Positions 1 to 11,939 are shown, counted from the first letter of the whole stretch. The stretch: DNA of 56,698 nucleotides, filler included, from Trypethelium eluteriae (GCA_051942245.1; 4 parts of 4 records of this genome joined end to end with filler, not necessarily neighbours in it), one strand, 5' to 3'. Translations and numbers: made by a program. Notes: generated by a model not told the origin, from the letters alone.

Positions 1-2486
1 GCCAAGAGAGGCGCGACTGCGATCTGAGGCGAAGCCGAGCGAGCCGGTTGAATGGGCGCGGTTCGGGGCGCCAGGATGAGAAAGTGCAGCATCGACGGTG
101 GTATGGGAGGATGAAGAGCGTGAGGATAGTGGTTGCTGAGCTGATCCGGATGTTCGTGTCGTTCCATTGCTACGTACGGAGGACCGTTTGATCATGCTTA
201 GCGAAGAAAATGAGCGGCCTGCATTAGCATAGTTATTCATAGAATTGACTCCAATGGATTTTGAGCTAAGAATTAGCCGATTGAGATGCTCAATGCGTTC
301 TTTCAAGGCCGTTCGGGCAAGCTGCATCTCAAGCATTTGTTCTTCGTGCCGAGCTTGCTCTTCAGCTTCGCGCTGCTTCTCTTCTTCTTCATCCTTAGAC
401 TGTTCTTTCGCCTTATGTTGCTCCTCAAGTTGGCGGCGGAGATCTGAGATTTCCACGCGATATCTGTCGAGTAAGGCCCGGCTCCCAGCATCTCCTCCGC
501 CACCATGCGCTTCTTCTGCTTTCTTGGCATGACTCACGATGTTGTTCTTGGCGCGTGAAGCAAACTTTAGAGTGTTCAATGTCTCCACGGTATGACTGTT
601 TGCTAACGCAATCGATGTTGATCCTCCAATCTGTATCGTGCAAAGAATACTAACAAGCGAATTTCCAGATAAGGCTGGCTGCAACAATCGAGTCAGTTTA
701 CTATCCCGGTACGGTAAATGTTTCCCATCCTTGTCTGTTGGGTTGCCTTGTTTGTCCTTATCACCTGAGAGCTTAGCGATAACCGTACCGAGCGTGAGCA
801 AACTCTTATTAATGTGGGCACCTTCAGTACGTCTCTCCTTGCTTTCCGCTGCTCGTTCGGAACCGGCAAGATCAATCAGACTCAGCGTAGAGACGAGAAC
901 ACCACCGGGCACGATTGCTTTACGCCGGTTATCGAGCGCACCTCCTCCGACATTGCGCTCGCGACTTTCGACAACGATTTGGACAACGGCATGACTTCGC
1001 GAACTGCGTGCATTCCATTGAGTGCTGCTTGTTCGTCGTGCATGGTCTCCTCGCGCAATGACCCGTAGCAGTTGCGTTGGACTCTGAACAATTTCTTCCT
1101 TCAACGGTGTTGCGTAAACTCCGCGTTTCTTATCTTCCCGTAGCTTGATTTCCTCCTGCTGTGGTGTTCCGGGACCTCCGAGACTACCTCCTGTGGGCAT
1201 TGCCAGGAGGTCGTGTATCTTCTCATTGTAAATTTCGAGATAGCTGACTCGTAGAAGGAACTCCCGATGAGGTGTTTCGCGGATGTAGGAGAAGATATCT
1301 GTGATGGCTAACGGTATGACACCAGGAGATGTGGTCGTGCCTTGCATTGAAAATGTTTTTCCCGTACCAGTCATCCCGTAGGCAAAGACCGTCCCGTGAT
1401 AACCTTCCATTACTCGTCGAACAAGACGCTTGGCAGCAGAATCGTACACTTTCGCATTGTGATCGTGGGTCGTAAAGACATTATCTGAAGTTCCGATTAG
1501 CCTGAACCATAGATGTATTAGTACGTCGATGAATCACCGTAATAGTATTCGCCTCCTTCCTTCCCTTTGTAAGAAACTAGAGATCTTCGTCCATCCACCA
1601 TCCATTCTCCTTGTATTCGCGCATCACTTGGGCCCACATCAGGTCTTACTCGAACACTGACCAATACATTACCCTTTCCATCTTTTTGTCCAGAGTTTCT
1701 GTCCAACTTCTGTCCTTCGGCGTATTGTGCGTCAGAAGATATGGTCACATCCTCATCAATATCCTCAAATTGAGTTGCGTTTGTGGAATAAGAGCCGTCC
1801 ATGGAAGAACTTGTACTGTCTGGTGGAGAAGGCAGACTCAGCAAGCCTTCTGAACCTTGCGCTCCTTGAGCACTCGATATAGATTTGCTATCTCCTGTCC
1901 CATTCAACAGGCTTGGTGCTGAACCAGGTATCCGCAGAGGCGGTGCATGCGGTGTGATACCACCAGATACTCGCGTCTTCTTTGCTTTGGGAGTTTGAAG
2001 TCGCTTGTTTTCGGTAGATGAGTGTTCTGGGATAGCAGGCGTTTGATCGGGAAATTTGGCATTCATTGCAAGGGGACTTGTCGGTAGAGACGATAGGCGC
2101 GAGACCCCTTTAGGTGGTTGCGGGAAAGAGCCGATGCTGATAGTTTTGCGGACGGTTTTCCCCGGTACAGATGTCGTACCAATGACAGGGGTTGCTTGTT
2201 CATTCTTGTTATTCCCGAGTGTGGGTATGCTGGATGTAGAATACGCGTGCGGAGTCGATTTTGGAGTAAGTCCTGGAGCTGGTATGCCGCTTGTCGATGG
2301 CGAGGTACCTTTGCTTGTCGGTATCCCCGATTGTGGTGATGCCGAAGATAATCTGTTGGTTTCCGAGGTTGGTATAGAGGCTATGGAGCTATTCGATTTT
2401 TTACGAGTCTTAGGGACGGGAAGAGAGGGAAGAGGCGCGCTCGGCGGGTTGAGAGATGGTCGCGGCGGCCGTGTCGCCATGGCCAT
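1..2486 (-). CDS. kipA: Kinesin-7 family motor (KipA/Kip2-like), 3' end runs off the window
   Basis: ATG at 2486; ~300-aa Ser/Pro-rich N-terminus; motor starts GNVLVSVRVRP. GT-AG intron 1537..1485. Exon 2 has P-loop FAYGMTGTGKTFSM, FLLRVSYLEIYNEKIHDLL and coiled coil MQLARTALKERIEHLNRLIL; frame stays open to base 1. Confidence 0.9.
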
Positions 2487-4138
2487 TTTTCCTTTTGACC
2501 GTTTTCTGAAATCCTCGTCGGCTGCACAGCTTCTGCAGGACGGACAGCTCAAGCCACTCGGCTCTGATATAGTAAATCTGAAATTGGGCCCATGGACGGT
2601 CAAAAAGCCATAGCAATGTGTCGACTATCCTCAATATTCACGCGAGTAGTCTTTTTGTAATTGCGGTCAGAGTGATTTGAATAAAAGTTGCCCTATTTGG
2701 CTGTCGCATTCCAGGTCAAAACGCGAAAGAGATGCCCAAGTGAATGGGACGGTGACAGGCTGCAGGATCGGTTTCAGGACAGGGATTTCTCCAGAGAACC
2801 TCAATGCAAACAATGTGAAGATGGTGTCGAAAGATGCGGGGAAACAGCAAGTGGATCAGTTTAGCTTTGCTCGAGGCGATGAGGATTAGAAAACCAGAAG
2901 AGACCGGATCGTTGTCGTGCAACAGAGGGCGTGGGAGCAAGAGGGATGAACGAGGTAGGCGGGAGCTCGCGATTGTGGATTGTGACGATGCTTGCAGGTG
3001 ACAGGTCTAGAAAAGGGCAGCGAGCTCAGGGATTCCCTTTGCAGCCACCCAGCCCTCTGGGACCGGCAGACCTTCCGGCAGCCCTCCGTCCCGTCCTGCG
3101 CTGCACTCGCTCTGCACAGATCCAGAGAGGGCATGAGGTCCTGAAACGGTTGCGATCCTCCAAGCCGATTCGTGGGACTGGATCGACGGCGAACTGTGCA
3201 CACGAGCAGCTGAGCACAGGCACGGTCGAGAAGCGACGACTCGAGCCGTCGATGGTCGCACATGGATCACTACTCTCGCACCAAAGAAAAAAAGGAGTAG
3301 GCATTCTCTCTACTTTCGTTCAAATTCCAGCCTCTAAAAGCGTCGACGCGCTAAGTCAAGCCCTAATTACTGCATGTCCAGGGGGCTCCCTGAAGAGCCC
3401 CTAAGAATTTCCCCGGCCCGAACGATCTTCAGACAATCGCCCCTAAAAAGTGGTGCTGGCGTGTGAACTTCGTGAGAGGGGCGCAGATTCGTTCGAGTTA
3501 CGGTGGAACCCTTCGCCTCGGGAGCAACTCAGATCGAAAAATCTGCGCAACTGAAAGTTTCCCCACGAGAAAAGTTGAACAACGAAAGGCCATCCTTGCT
3601 CCCACTGCTGTAGTGGTCGTCTTCAAAACCTGGTTTACGTGGCACCATTGGGCTTTACTTGCCAGCGAGACGAATGGTGGCGATTGGCGTGCGCAGTGAC
3701 AGTTCACCAGCAAACGCCAATCAGCACCCCTAGCCACAACATGATAACGTTCTTCGCGACTCGTAGGTGAGCTGCTTGCCAACCGTTCGACGGCTATACT
3801 CTCCTTTTCGTGCAATACCGAATCCGGATATCACGCACAGACTCAATAGCATAAACTGTAACTCTTGGCTTGATGTCACCTAGGCTCACGCAAAAGATAT
3901 TGGTTTTCATTCTGCCATGTCATTCAAACTTCTCATGCGTTGCATTAACGGCAAAAGCGAATCGTTTCGCGTATCTCTCTCTATGTAATGATGTCGTCCT
4001 TTACAGACCTCGCCACCCCGGCAGGCAGCATCAACCCTAGTAGACAGCGTCTAAGAAACCGTTGTCTGATCGTCTCAGGCATGAGGGATCCGAACCGTAA
4101 ATGTAGCCAAAATGTGGCAAGAGGGTGTTGAACTCTCC

Positions 4139-5884
4139 TCAGAAACCATTGCTCACATGGCCGTTGACCTCCGAGGTCGCACCATTTTTCGTTTCCGCCT
4201 TGGTAGATCCATCTACACCTTCAGGACCTGACGCGTGCTCAGTCGCAACTGACGGATTTGACGTGCCTTGTCCATCGTGGACGGGACCACCATTGAAAAC
4301 ACCTTCGGCAACATCATCTTTGATGATTGCCTTGCTGGCACCGTTTACACCGTTATGGCCATTGGCGTGGTTGGTTGCTTCGCTTGGCTTCTTGTTCATG
4401 GTGTACCCCGTGTCCGAGGCATCCACGAAGGCTGCTATCCCCGCTCCGTGACGGGGATAGCCCTGCATCAATTCCTTGTGCTTCCGCAATGCCGCATGCA
4501 TTTCCTGCAGGGATACATCATTCAGGAAGACACACCTACCAAGGGGACTTGGAACAGCGGCCCTGAGTTTACCATCTCGAGTCCTGAGGATAGCCTTCGT
4601 GGCCTTATCGAGCAAATCTTCATCGAATTGATCGTTGTCCATGGACAGACCGGCACGCGAGAATAAGCTCAAGATTCTTTTATGCTCCGCGTCACTAAGG
4701 ATGCCCCGCATATTAGCGAGCGTTGCCGAGTAGGCCATGTCGATGGAGATCGCGTGGCCGTGGCGGAAGGGCACTTCCGGAACGAGCTCATGCATGGGAG
4801 ACCATCTATGTGATATAAGTGTCAGAGATTTTCTCCTTGCGCCCAAACCCCAGAAACTTACGTATGCCCATAAGCAATGACTCGATCCAACCCAATCTCG
4901 TGCAAATTTGGGGTTTCCAGCTTCAACATTTCATGAATGCCGGCCCGATTGATCTCATCTGCGGCCTCTCGAACCTCTTTCGACGAGCCATCCGTTCGTC
5001 CGAATCCGGTGTCGATGAGTTGGTCACAGTATTTCTCGAGAAGCTCAAAGGTTCTGAGGTGAGCGCAGGTAGAGATCTTGATGAGCTCTGCAAATCCATT
5101 TCGAATCTGTGCTTTTGGCAAAGTACGCAGAAATCCAAAATCGAGAAAGGTATGTTGAGGTGCGTGATACGCTCCGAGGCGGTTCTTATAGTTACTAGTG
5201 CCTTGCCATCAGTTTCTTCTCTCTGCCTAGGGCTTCGTGTTACTAACCCATAGTTTACGGCGACTTTGATGGAGACTGAGGCATCAATCAGCCCGATGAC
5301 GGTCGTCGGAATGCGGATGAAATTGGTATTCCTCCGGTATGCTGCGCAAGCAAATCTAAAGGGATCCGGTTAGTTCCAATCTCACTGGTGCAGGAGCTCT
5401 CCTCTTCGCGATAATTGGGCCAGGATGCCTTGAAGTTATCGTTGGCGGTGGTTAAAAGTATTACCCAGCAACGTCCGTCACGAGTCCGCCCCCTACGACA
5501 AGAACTGGTTCCTACTGATGTTAACGTCACCTCCAGCATGAGCGATCGACTCACCTTTCGGAATATTCCAAACGAATTCATCGAGTCCACAATGGAAAGC
5601 AGGGTCTCGATCGACTTGGCTTTCTCACCGATCATTGTCTTGTGGATTTTCAACTCCAGATTGAAGTGATCAAAGTATGCCTGCATCTGGTCTCCGTATG
5701 TATCAAAGATATTACGGTCCATGACGGCAAGACAACGCCCCCATCTTTCATAGCAGTCTGCAAGATTGGGATTGTGGATGTCAAAGATACCGTCAAGAAA
5801 GGTAAAGTCGTATTCGATCTTTTCATAGCCCACAACGTGGAACCCCTTCTTGGTTTCTTCAACGGTTGCTTTTAAATCAGACAT
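4139..5884 (-). CDS. mysA: Demethyl-4-deoxygadusol synthase (sedoheptulose-7-phosphate cyclase, DHQS-like), mycosporine pathway, ~494 aa
   Basis: Five exons (introns 5554..5512, 5464..5356, 5247..5195, 4861..4806) total 1485 nt in frame. Motifs [61 protein letters not shown], and the DDGS-type [24 protein letters not shown]. Confidence 0.93.
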
Positions 5885-7268
5885 TTTGAGAAGAATGGAC
5901 TAAGAAGAATGGAAGGAGAAGTAGGTTCCGAAGACACGGATGCAACAAGAGAAGGACAGGTGCTCTTGAACCTTGTGCAACGCGGCGCGAAAACGAATAT
6001 ATACGTGCTCTAACAGACGCGTCGGACTAATTGACAAGGGTTTACTGCTGGCTTGGAGTGATTGACCTTCGGCTAGAGAACATAACGTCAACCACTGCCG
6101 CTCTCGTCCGTTCTGCCTGCCCATGTGGGCTCAAGGAATCCCAAGGATAGGCCATAGCCCTTTCCTCATGCAGCTCGCGCAGATGACATCGAGGTGCAAA
6201 TGCCGGGCACAGTTCTTCTCTCAAGCACTTTCCGCCGACCCGCTCTTCTAACCATCTCGGACGAGGTTGTGATGTATCGCGTCAACAGAGACGTCGCCGG
6301 ACCGACCTTAGCTCAATGAAAGAGCGTCTCAGCTTTCGGATATTGTCAGGGGTCCTACCCAGTTGGTCCAGTCTGACGACAATCAAGGTCAGAGCCAAGC
6401 TTTCGTGGGGAAGCTCTGCGGACGGTTCAAGTCTAGAAGAACTGCAGGGGGGCAGGAGTAAAGTCCGGCGTGGGGTCTTAGATCCTAGCGCGATCTTGGA
6501 AATCTTTACGCTGAGCTGCGCGGTAAATCCCCATGTTACGCAAATGCAAGTAACCATGCTTTATGCTGAACGGAGTCCACGCCGCGCCCATCAGGTGCGC
6601 TAAGTTGCCGCCAAAAAGTCAATTCCAAGCCAGATTGGACAGTCAATGACAGCAGCATCCTAGAAAATCGCGCACTCAACAGTTTCTTGGCCTGCTACAT
6701 GAGAAGTAGTGGGTATTCACGATGGAGGACTCGGCGTTGTTCGCGTGGATCTACTGGTCTAACCATCCTCAGTTTAGCGATTGACGACGTCATGATGTTT
6801 GTCTTTCAAAAGTTTTTCATCTGTTCCTGCATTGACGCGATGAGAACGGTGCAATCTTTTCCGAAGGTGATCGAATCTAGCTAAATCTGTCAGCGGTCTG
6901 TCGTCGCGTTAAAATGTTATGCGTTACCCCATTGCGTTATGTACTACGAAATAGGATCCCCACGCCCAAGGAGCTAAGCAAGAGCTAAGCCCCCCGCATC
7001 ACCCGACAACGGACGCGAGATTACCAGCTTGTGATCGAGTTGAATTGTAATGCAGGTTGCCGTCGGGTATTCAGTTCTTGGATCTGCAAAGCTTTCCTCG
7101 TCCCTGTGACATAGTCTGACTGCACTCAAACCTGTCGGTCTAAATTTGCTGCGTAATTTGATGCAAGCTCCATGTTGTGTCATATTGCACAAGATCGAAT
7201 CCAAACATAGCCCACTTGGATGATTGAAGGAACACCACACAAGATAGGAGAGTTCTGTACGCTACACG
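5885..7268. promoter_or_regulatory. Divergent intergenic promoter region shared by DDGS and the O-methyltransferase
   Basis: Head-to-head genes; TATATA near 5997-6002, ~115 nt upstream of the DDGS ATG; GATCGA at 6869, 7033 and 7193. Confidence 0.5.
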
Positions 7269-8236
7269 ATGACCAAATTTGATCAGGCTAAGGCCTATGT
7301 CGAGGAGCCAGAGATCTTCTTTGATGATGGTCGTGAGACAGAGCTGTTGCAATACATTTATAATCGATCGGACATTGATGCCATTAGAGGATCACCAAGG
7401 AAAGTCCTCGCTGCGATAGATGAATACGGAAGAACCAAGAATTATCTCATGAATGTGGGAGAAGACAAAGGAAAGATAGTCACAGACCTTATTGAAGAAG
7501 TCAAGCCAGAGACCATGGTCAGTCAAACCCCTCAGATTCACTTAGGCCGGCTGCATCGATGATTTCCCGATTGACGCAAATACAGGTAGAATGTGGAGGT
7601 TACGTCGGTTACTCCTGTATCCTTTTCGGAGACGCTGTCAAGCGATCAGGCGGCCAAAGATATTACAGTCTGGAACGGCACCCGGTGTTTGGTGCAGTCA
7701 TAATGTCACTTGTCGACCTGGCTGGCCTAAGCGACGTTGTCAAAGTGATCATTGGAACCAGCGATGCCTCCATCAAGCGGCTTCATTCTAGCGGAGACCT
7801 GAAGCACATTGACCTCATGTTCCTTGACCATTACAAGCCGGCGTACACGACAGATCTGAAGTTGTGCGAAGAATTGCGACTCATCACTCCAGGCTCTGTT
7901 CTTGCTGCAGATAATGTAATCAAGCCCGGGAATCCGCCTTATCTGGAATATGTGCGCAGCTCCGTTGAACAGAAGCGGACCGCAATTCAGACCAATGGTC
8001 CTCGTGGTGTTGACCCGAGATTCAAGGACCGAACCTCCAAACAGTACAAGGTGGAACTTGATCTGTCCTCGTCAAAAGGCAATCCAGATCTGGTATATGA
8101 TAGCAAGCTTGTCCATAGCTTCGAGCCAACAGGCGTTCCGGTAAGGCCTCAAAAGGCATGCACTAGACAAAAGGTGATTGACTTGAGTTTCCAGGACGCC
8201 GTTGAAATTTCAAGATGTACCAACGAGGAAAATTAA
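7269..8236 (+). CDS. mysB: SAM-dependent O-methyltransferase (COMT-like), putative 4-deoxygadusol-forming enzyme, ~281 aa
   Basis: Exons 7269-7517, 7586-8140, 8195-8236 (GT-AG, in frame). Motifs YLMNVGEDKG, VECGGYVGYS, DLMFLDHYKPAY, GSVLAADNVIKPG. Adjacent to DDGS. Confidence 0.88.
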
Positions 8237-8725
8237 CAAAGTTATCAGGATTCATAGTGAGACTAGGTAGGAAGAAGCCCAACCCAGATTGCCTTTGGCG
8301 GCGGGCGGAGGAGTGAGGGAATCGGAGGAGGCTCGAAGAATAGAGGGTAAGAGGACCCGGGACGGGACGGGATAAAAGCACCGAATGTGGCCTGGTCAAA
8401 ACCCTGGCAGTGTCAGACGATTACTCTACCTGCTGCATATATGTAGACCGCAAACATTGGTTGGATAGACTTCTAAATTTTCTGTAGTCTCAAAGGCATT
8501 GTACTGCTGGCAAAGCATATGCTCAACTCAGTGCAGCCCTGAAGCCGCCCAGGCTATCGTAAAGGATAAGGCTCACGAATAAGTAAAGACTGAAAAACTT
8601 AGGATCATGACGTAGTCTTCATGGTAGGCCATCCGTGGTACCGACTAGTTTACTATCACCATACTTAGCTCTGGATTCACCTATGAAAGCCCTGTAAGTG
8701 TCTCAAGACTACTTCACAATTCAAC

Positions 8726-10312
8726 ATGCCAGCAGACAGGCAGGGGTGGCTAGCTTATTCACTCAAGAATGCATCTCTCATAGCTCTTAGTCTGATTACC
8801 TTACCGCAAGATACATTCTTTCTCGCTCTAAGTTTAATAGCGAATGTTCTCATTCGAGATGAAGCCACAAAACGACGTCGTCTCATTCGAGGTACATCCA
8901 CCCCCTATTTTGAACCAAAGACGATTCTGGTCACTGGTGTTGGAATGTCCAAGGGCCTCTCTCTCGCCCGTCAATTCTATGCCGCGGGTCACAACGTTAT
9001 TGGAGCCGACTTCGAGCCCTGTGGCGCCCTGAACCCGGGCCGAGTCTCCAAAAGTATCCGCAAATTCTACAGCCTAACCGCTCCCTCTGCAGAGCACGGC
9101 TCCAATCGCTACATCCAGTCCCTTCTCGACATCATCACCCACGAGAATGTCCACCTCTGGGTCAGCTGCTCGGGCGTCGCGTCAGCTGTCGAGGACGGTG
9201 CAGCCAAAGAAACAATCGAGCGTCTGACCACATGTCGCGCCGTTCAGTTCGACATCTCGACCACGCAGACGCTGCACGAGAAACACAGCTTCATCGAGCA
9301 CACTGCGTCCCTGGGTCTTAACGTTCCGGAGACCCATACCGTCACATCCCAAGACACTGCACTCGACATCTTGCAAGGCGCACAAGGGACGAAGCAATTC
9401 ATCCTCAAGTCGCTCACGCTCGACGACGCGGCTCGCGGCAACATGACGCTCCTGCCGCGTCCGTCGTGGTCAGAAACAGAGGAGCATCTTCTAGCCCTCC
9501 GCATCTCAGCCCAGACGCCCTGGATTCTGCAGCAGTACATCCGCGGTCCGGAGTACTGCACTCATGCGCTTGTCGTTCGCGGTAGCGTCCGTGCATTCGT
9601 TGCGTGTCCGTCTTCGGACCTCCTGATGCACTATGAGGCGCTGCCACGGGAGTCGCCGTTGGCGCAGGGGATGCTGGAGTTTACGCGAACGTTCGCGGAA
9701 AGGCAAGGAGAGGCGTTTACGGGGCACTTGAGCTTTGACTTTCTTGTCAGAGAGGAGGATGTAAGGGAGATGGAAGGAAGAGGAGGGGCGGCTGGGTCGG
9801 GGGTTGAGCTATGGCCAATTGAGTGTAATCCGAGAGCACACACGGCAGTGGTGCTGTTTCGAGAGAACCCCAATATGATTGCGGAATATCTCGACGTACT
9901 TGATGGACCCAAGGACGCGTTCACTCGGCTGCAACAGGAGAAGGCAATCAAGGCTAATGGCTCGAGCTTCACTAATGGCGGCATGGAGAACCCGATTATC
10001 TGGCCTGAAGAGCCGCAGAAGTACTACTGGTCAGGACATGACCTTGTGGCCTCTGTCTTACTTCCCTTGGTTTCTTTCTTGACATCCTTTGCGACTGGAA
10101 AAGGGGTCTCTTTATCAGCTCTTCTTAGTGACTGCAGTGTCTGCCTGCAACATCTGCTTTTCTGGAAAGACGGCACTTTCGAAGTCTGGGACCCTTGGCC
10201 ATGGTGGTGGCTATACCATGTATACTGGCCGTTAAGATTTGCTTACTTTTTATTGACTGGAAGGAGATGGAGTAGACTTAACATCAGTACGGGGAAGGTA
10301 TTTGAGTGTTGA
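8726..10312 (+). CDS. mysC: ATP-grasp C-N ligase, mycosporine synthase (MysC-like), 528 aa, single exon
   Basis: TILVTGVGMSKGLSLARQFYAAGHNVIGAD, LHEKHSFI, WILQQYIRGPEYCTHALV, FTGHLSFDF and IECNPRAHTAV match the MysC family; clustered with DDGS and the O-methyltransferase. Confidence 0.9.
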   Translation: MPADRQGWLAYSLKNASLIALSLITLPQDTFFLALSLIANVLIRDEATKRRRLIRGTSTPYFEPKTILVTGVGMSKGLSLARQFYAAGHNVIGADFEPCGALNPGRVSKSIRKFYSLTAPSAEHGSNRYIQSLLDIITHENVHLWVSCSGVASAVEDGAAKETIERLTTCRAVQFDISTTQTLHEKHSFIEHTASLGLNVPETHTVTSQDTALDILQGAQGTKQFILKSLTLDDAARGNMTLLPRPSWSETEEHLLALRISAQTPWILQQYIRGPEYCTHALVVRGSVRAFVACPSSDLLMHYEALPRESPLAQGMLEFTRTFAERQGEAFTGHLSFDFLVREEDVREMEGRGGAAGSGVELWPIECNPRAHTAVVLFRENPNMIAEYLDVLDGPKDAFTRLQQEKAIKANGSSFTNGGMENPIIWPEEPQKYYWSGHDLVASVLLPLVSFLTSFATGKGVSLSALLSDCSVCLQHLLFWKDGTFEVWDPWPWWWLYHVYWPLRFAYFLLTGRRWSRLNISTGKVFEC

Positions 10313-10469
10313 GTTGCAGTTTAGAGACTAATAGATTTCACCGGCCCCGCGGCTAATGCTCTTTGCTATTGATCTTAATCCTCCGTGAAATTGAATCACT
10401 TCCCAGTCTACTAAATGTCAAAATGGTGATGGTACAAATCAGACCGTCAAAAGTGGTGAAAGGTCGTTA

Positions 10470-11939
10470 CTATTCCACAATCTCCAACTCACCAGTCCTC
10501 TCCTTCGCAAACACGTCTTTCCATTCATCCCAGATCCTCTTCAATTCCTTTACATACTCAGCGTGGAGCTCCTCAACGTACTTATCCTCCGGTTTGCTCT
10601 GCTGCTGCACCATTAGCGGCCGTCCCACCACCACGTTCAGCGGCCGTCGATACGGCATCATGCCGAAATCATAATTGAAAATGCCCCTCGCATGAAATAG
10701 CGGCACGGTAAATCCAAAATGCTTCTTCACCCACAGCTGCAACTTGTGCACGAGCGGATGTCGATCCGGCTGAAACTGCTCATACAGCTCATTCTCTCCA
10801 AAGGCCAGGACCGGCACCAAGTCTGCACCCGCCCGGATCGCTAGCTTGACGAAGCCCTTTCTACGCGCCAGCACAAGCTTTAGGCTGTGGGGTTGTGCAT
10901 CCAGCGATTCACGGGCCCCGCCAACGACGATCGTAATGGCCCGGCCCATGCCCTCCTTATTGGGCCCGCCTTTCGAAAGCAAGTTCTCGCAGGATTCGCG
11001 CGATACGCTGGCGAGGCCCATACGGAGGGCGTAATCACGGTAGAGAGGGATGCGGAAATTGGAGTCGAGTGTGAGGAGGGTGTTGGTGATGCCTGGAAAG
11101 AGCTGGGAGAATCCAAGGGCTTCAGTAGCAAACGCGGTGAAGGCGCCGTGGCTAATGATTCCGTGGGGGTGATAGCCGAAGATGTACTTGCGGGTTGGAG
11201 GGAGCTCTTCTGAGCGATGGAGGCGAGCGGGGAAGTAGGAGGCGAAGAGAGACCATATGGAGAGGGAGCGTAGCCAGTTGTTGCGATAGGAGAGTTCGCC
11301 GCTGGTGCCGGCTTTGGAGAAAAGGACGTGAAGGAGATAGGGCATTAAGATGGGCCAGAGTAAAGGGATAGTGCAGAGGAGGAAGAAGAATGCTAGCATG
11401 CCAGCGATTGACAGTGTATGTAGAAGAACCATTCCGGTCTGTAAGCGGCGTTGCAGTGGTATGTTGAAAGGTGCCCATCGTATGCTGCTTGTTTCCCAGC
11501 CGGCACCAGCTTGTCGGCCACTTGCCAAACTACCTTTACGCTCTTTTGGTTTTGGCTTCTCTTTTTCATCTTGCCGGAGCGCCTTTTCGTACGAATCATC
11601 TGGCTTCGTACTCGCAAGAACATCGCCATTCGAGCCTTGATATTTCTCAAACTCCAGAGCATTATCGTTCACATCAGTCTTCTCCTTCTTTACTCCGTTG
11701 GCTTTCAAGGATAGGCTTCGGCGGTGTCCTCCTTTCCTCTGAGGGCTTGGGGGTGCCTCGCTCATGCCAGTTCCCGAAATCTCGAATTCATTGCTACCAA
11801 CCGGTTGTCCATCTTGCGCCAGCTCATTTTGTTCCTGTTGTTCCTCTTCAGACTCGATCAAAGCTTCTTTGTAAGACTTGAGTTGAAGCTGATGCTCTGC
11901 ACGCTCGGCAGGTTGCGAAGGTTCCGGATTGAGAGACAT
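10470..11939 (-). CDS. DGA1: Diacylglycerol O-acyltransferase, DGAT2 family
   Basis: 489-aa ORF with IRWAPFNIPLQRRLQT, YFP, FGYHPHGII, VVGGARESL, RKGFVKLA and LVPVLAFGEN motifs. Confidence 0.95.
   Translation of the reverse strand: MSLNPEPSQPAERAEHQLQLKSYKEALIESEEEQQEQNELAQDGQPVGSNEFEISGTGMSEAPPSPQRKGGHRRSLSLKANGVKKEKTDVNDNALEFEKYQGSNGDVLASTKPDDSYEKALRQDEKEKPKPKERKGSLASGRQAGAGWETSSIRWAPFNIPLQRRLQTGMVLLHTLSIAGMLAFFFLLCTIPLLWPILMPYLLHVLFSKAGTSGELSYRNNWLRSLSIWSLFASYFPARLHRSEELPPTRKYIFGYHPHGIISHGAFTAFATEALGFSQLFPGITNTLLTLDSNFRIPLYRDYALRMGLASVSRESCENLLSKGGPNKEGMGRAITIVVGGARESLDAQPHSLKLVLARRKGFVKLAIRAGADLVPVLAFGENELYEQFQPDRHPLVHKLQLWVKKHFGFTVPLFHARGIFNYDFGMMPYRRPLNVVVGRPLMVQQQSKPEDKYVEELHAEYVKELKRIWDEWKDVFAKERTGELEIVE

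Noticed and set aside
2677..3815. Several 70-157 aa ORFs upstream of the kinesin
   Set aside because: Overlapping in many frames, mostly non-ATG starts, no motifs; likely promoter/5' UTR.
4139..5884. Interpretation as shikimate-pathway 3-dehydroquinate synthase
   Set aside because: Stand-alone rather than part of AROM, has DDGS-type motifs, and is clustered with an O-methyltransferase and ATP-grasp gene.
6361..6445. GGTTCAAGTC B-box-like motif suggesting a tRNA
   Set aside because: Flanks do not form a T-stem or cloverleaf.
8340..8372. GGG-tract cluster (possible G-quadruplex) downstream of the O-methyltransferase
   Set aside because: Long first loop, and such tracts are common in G-skewed 3' regions; no supporting evidence.
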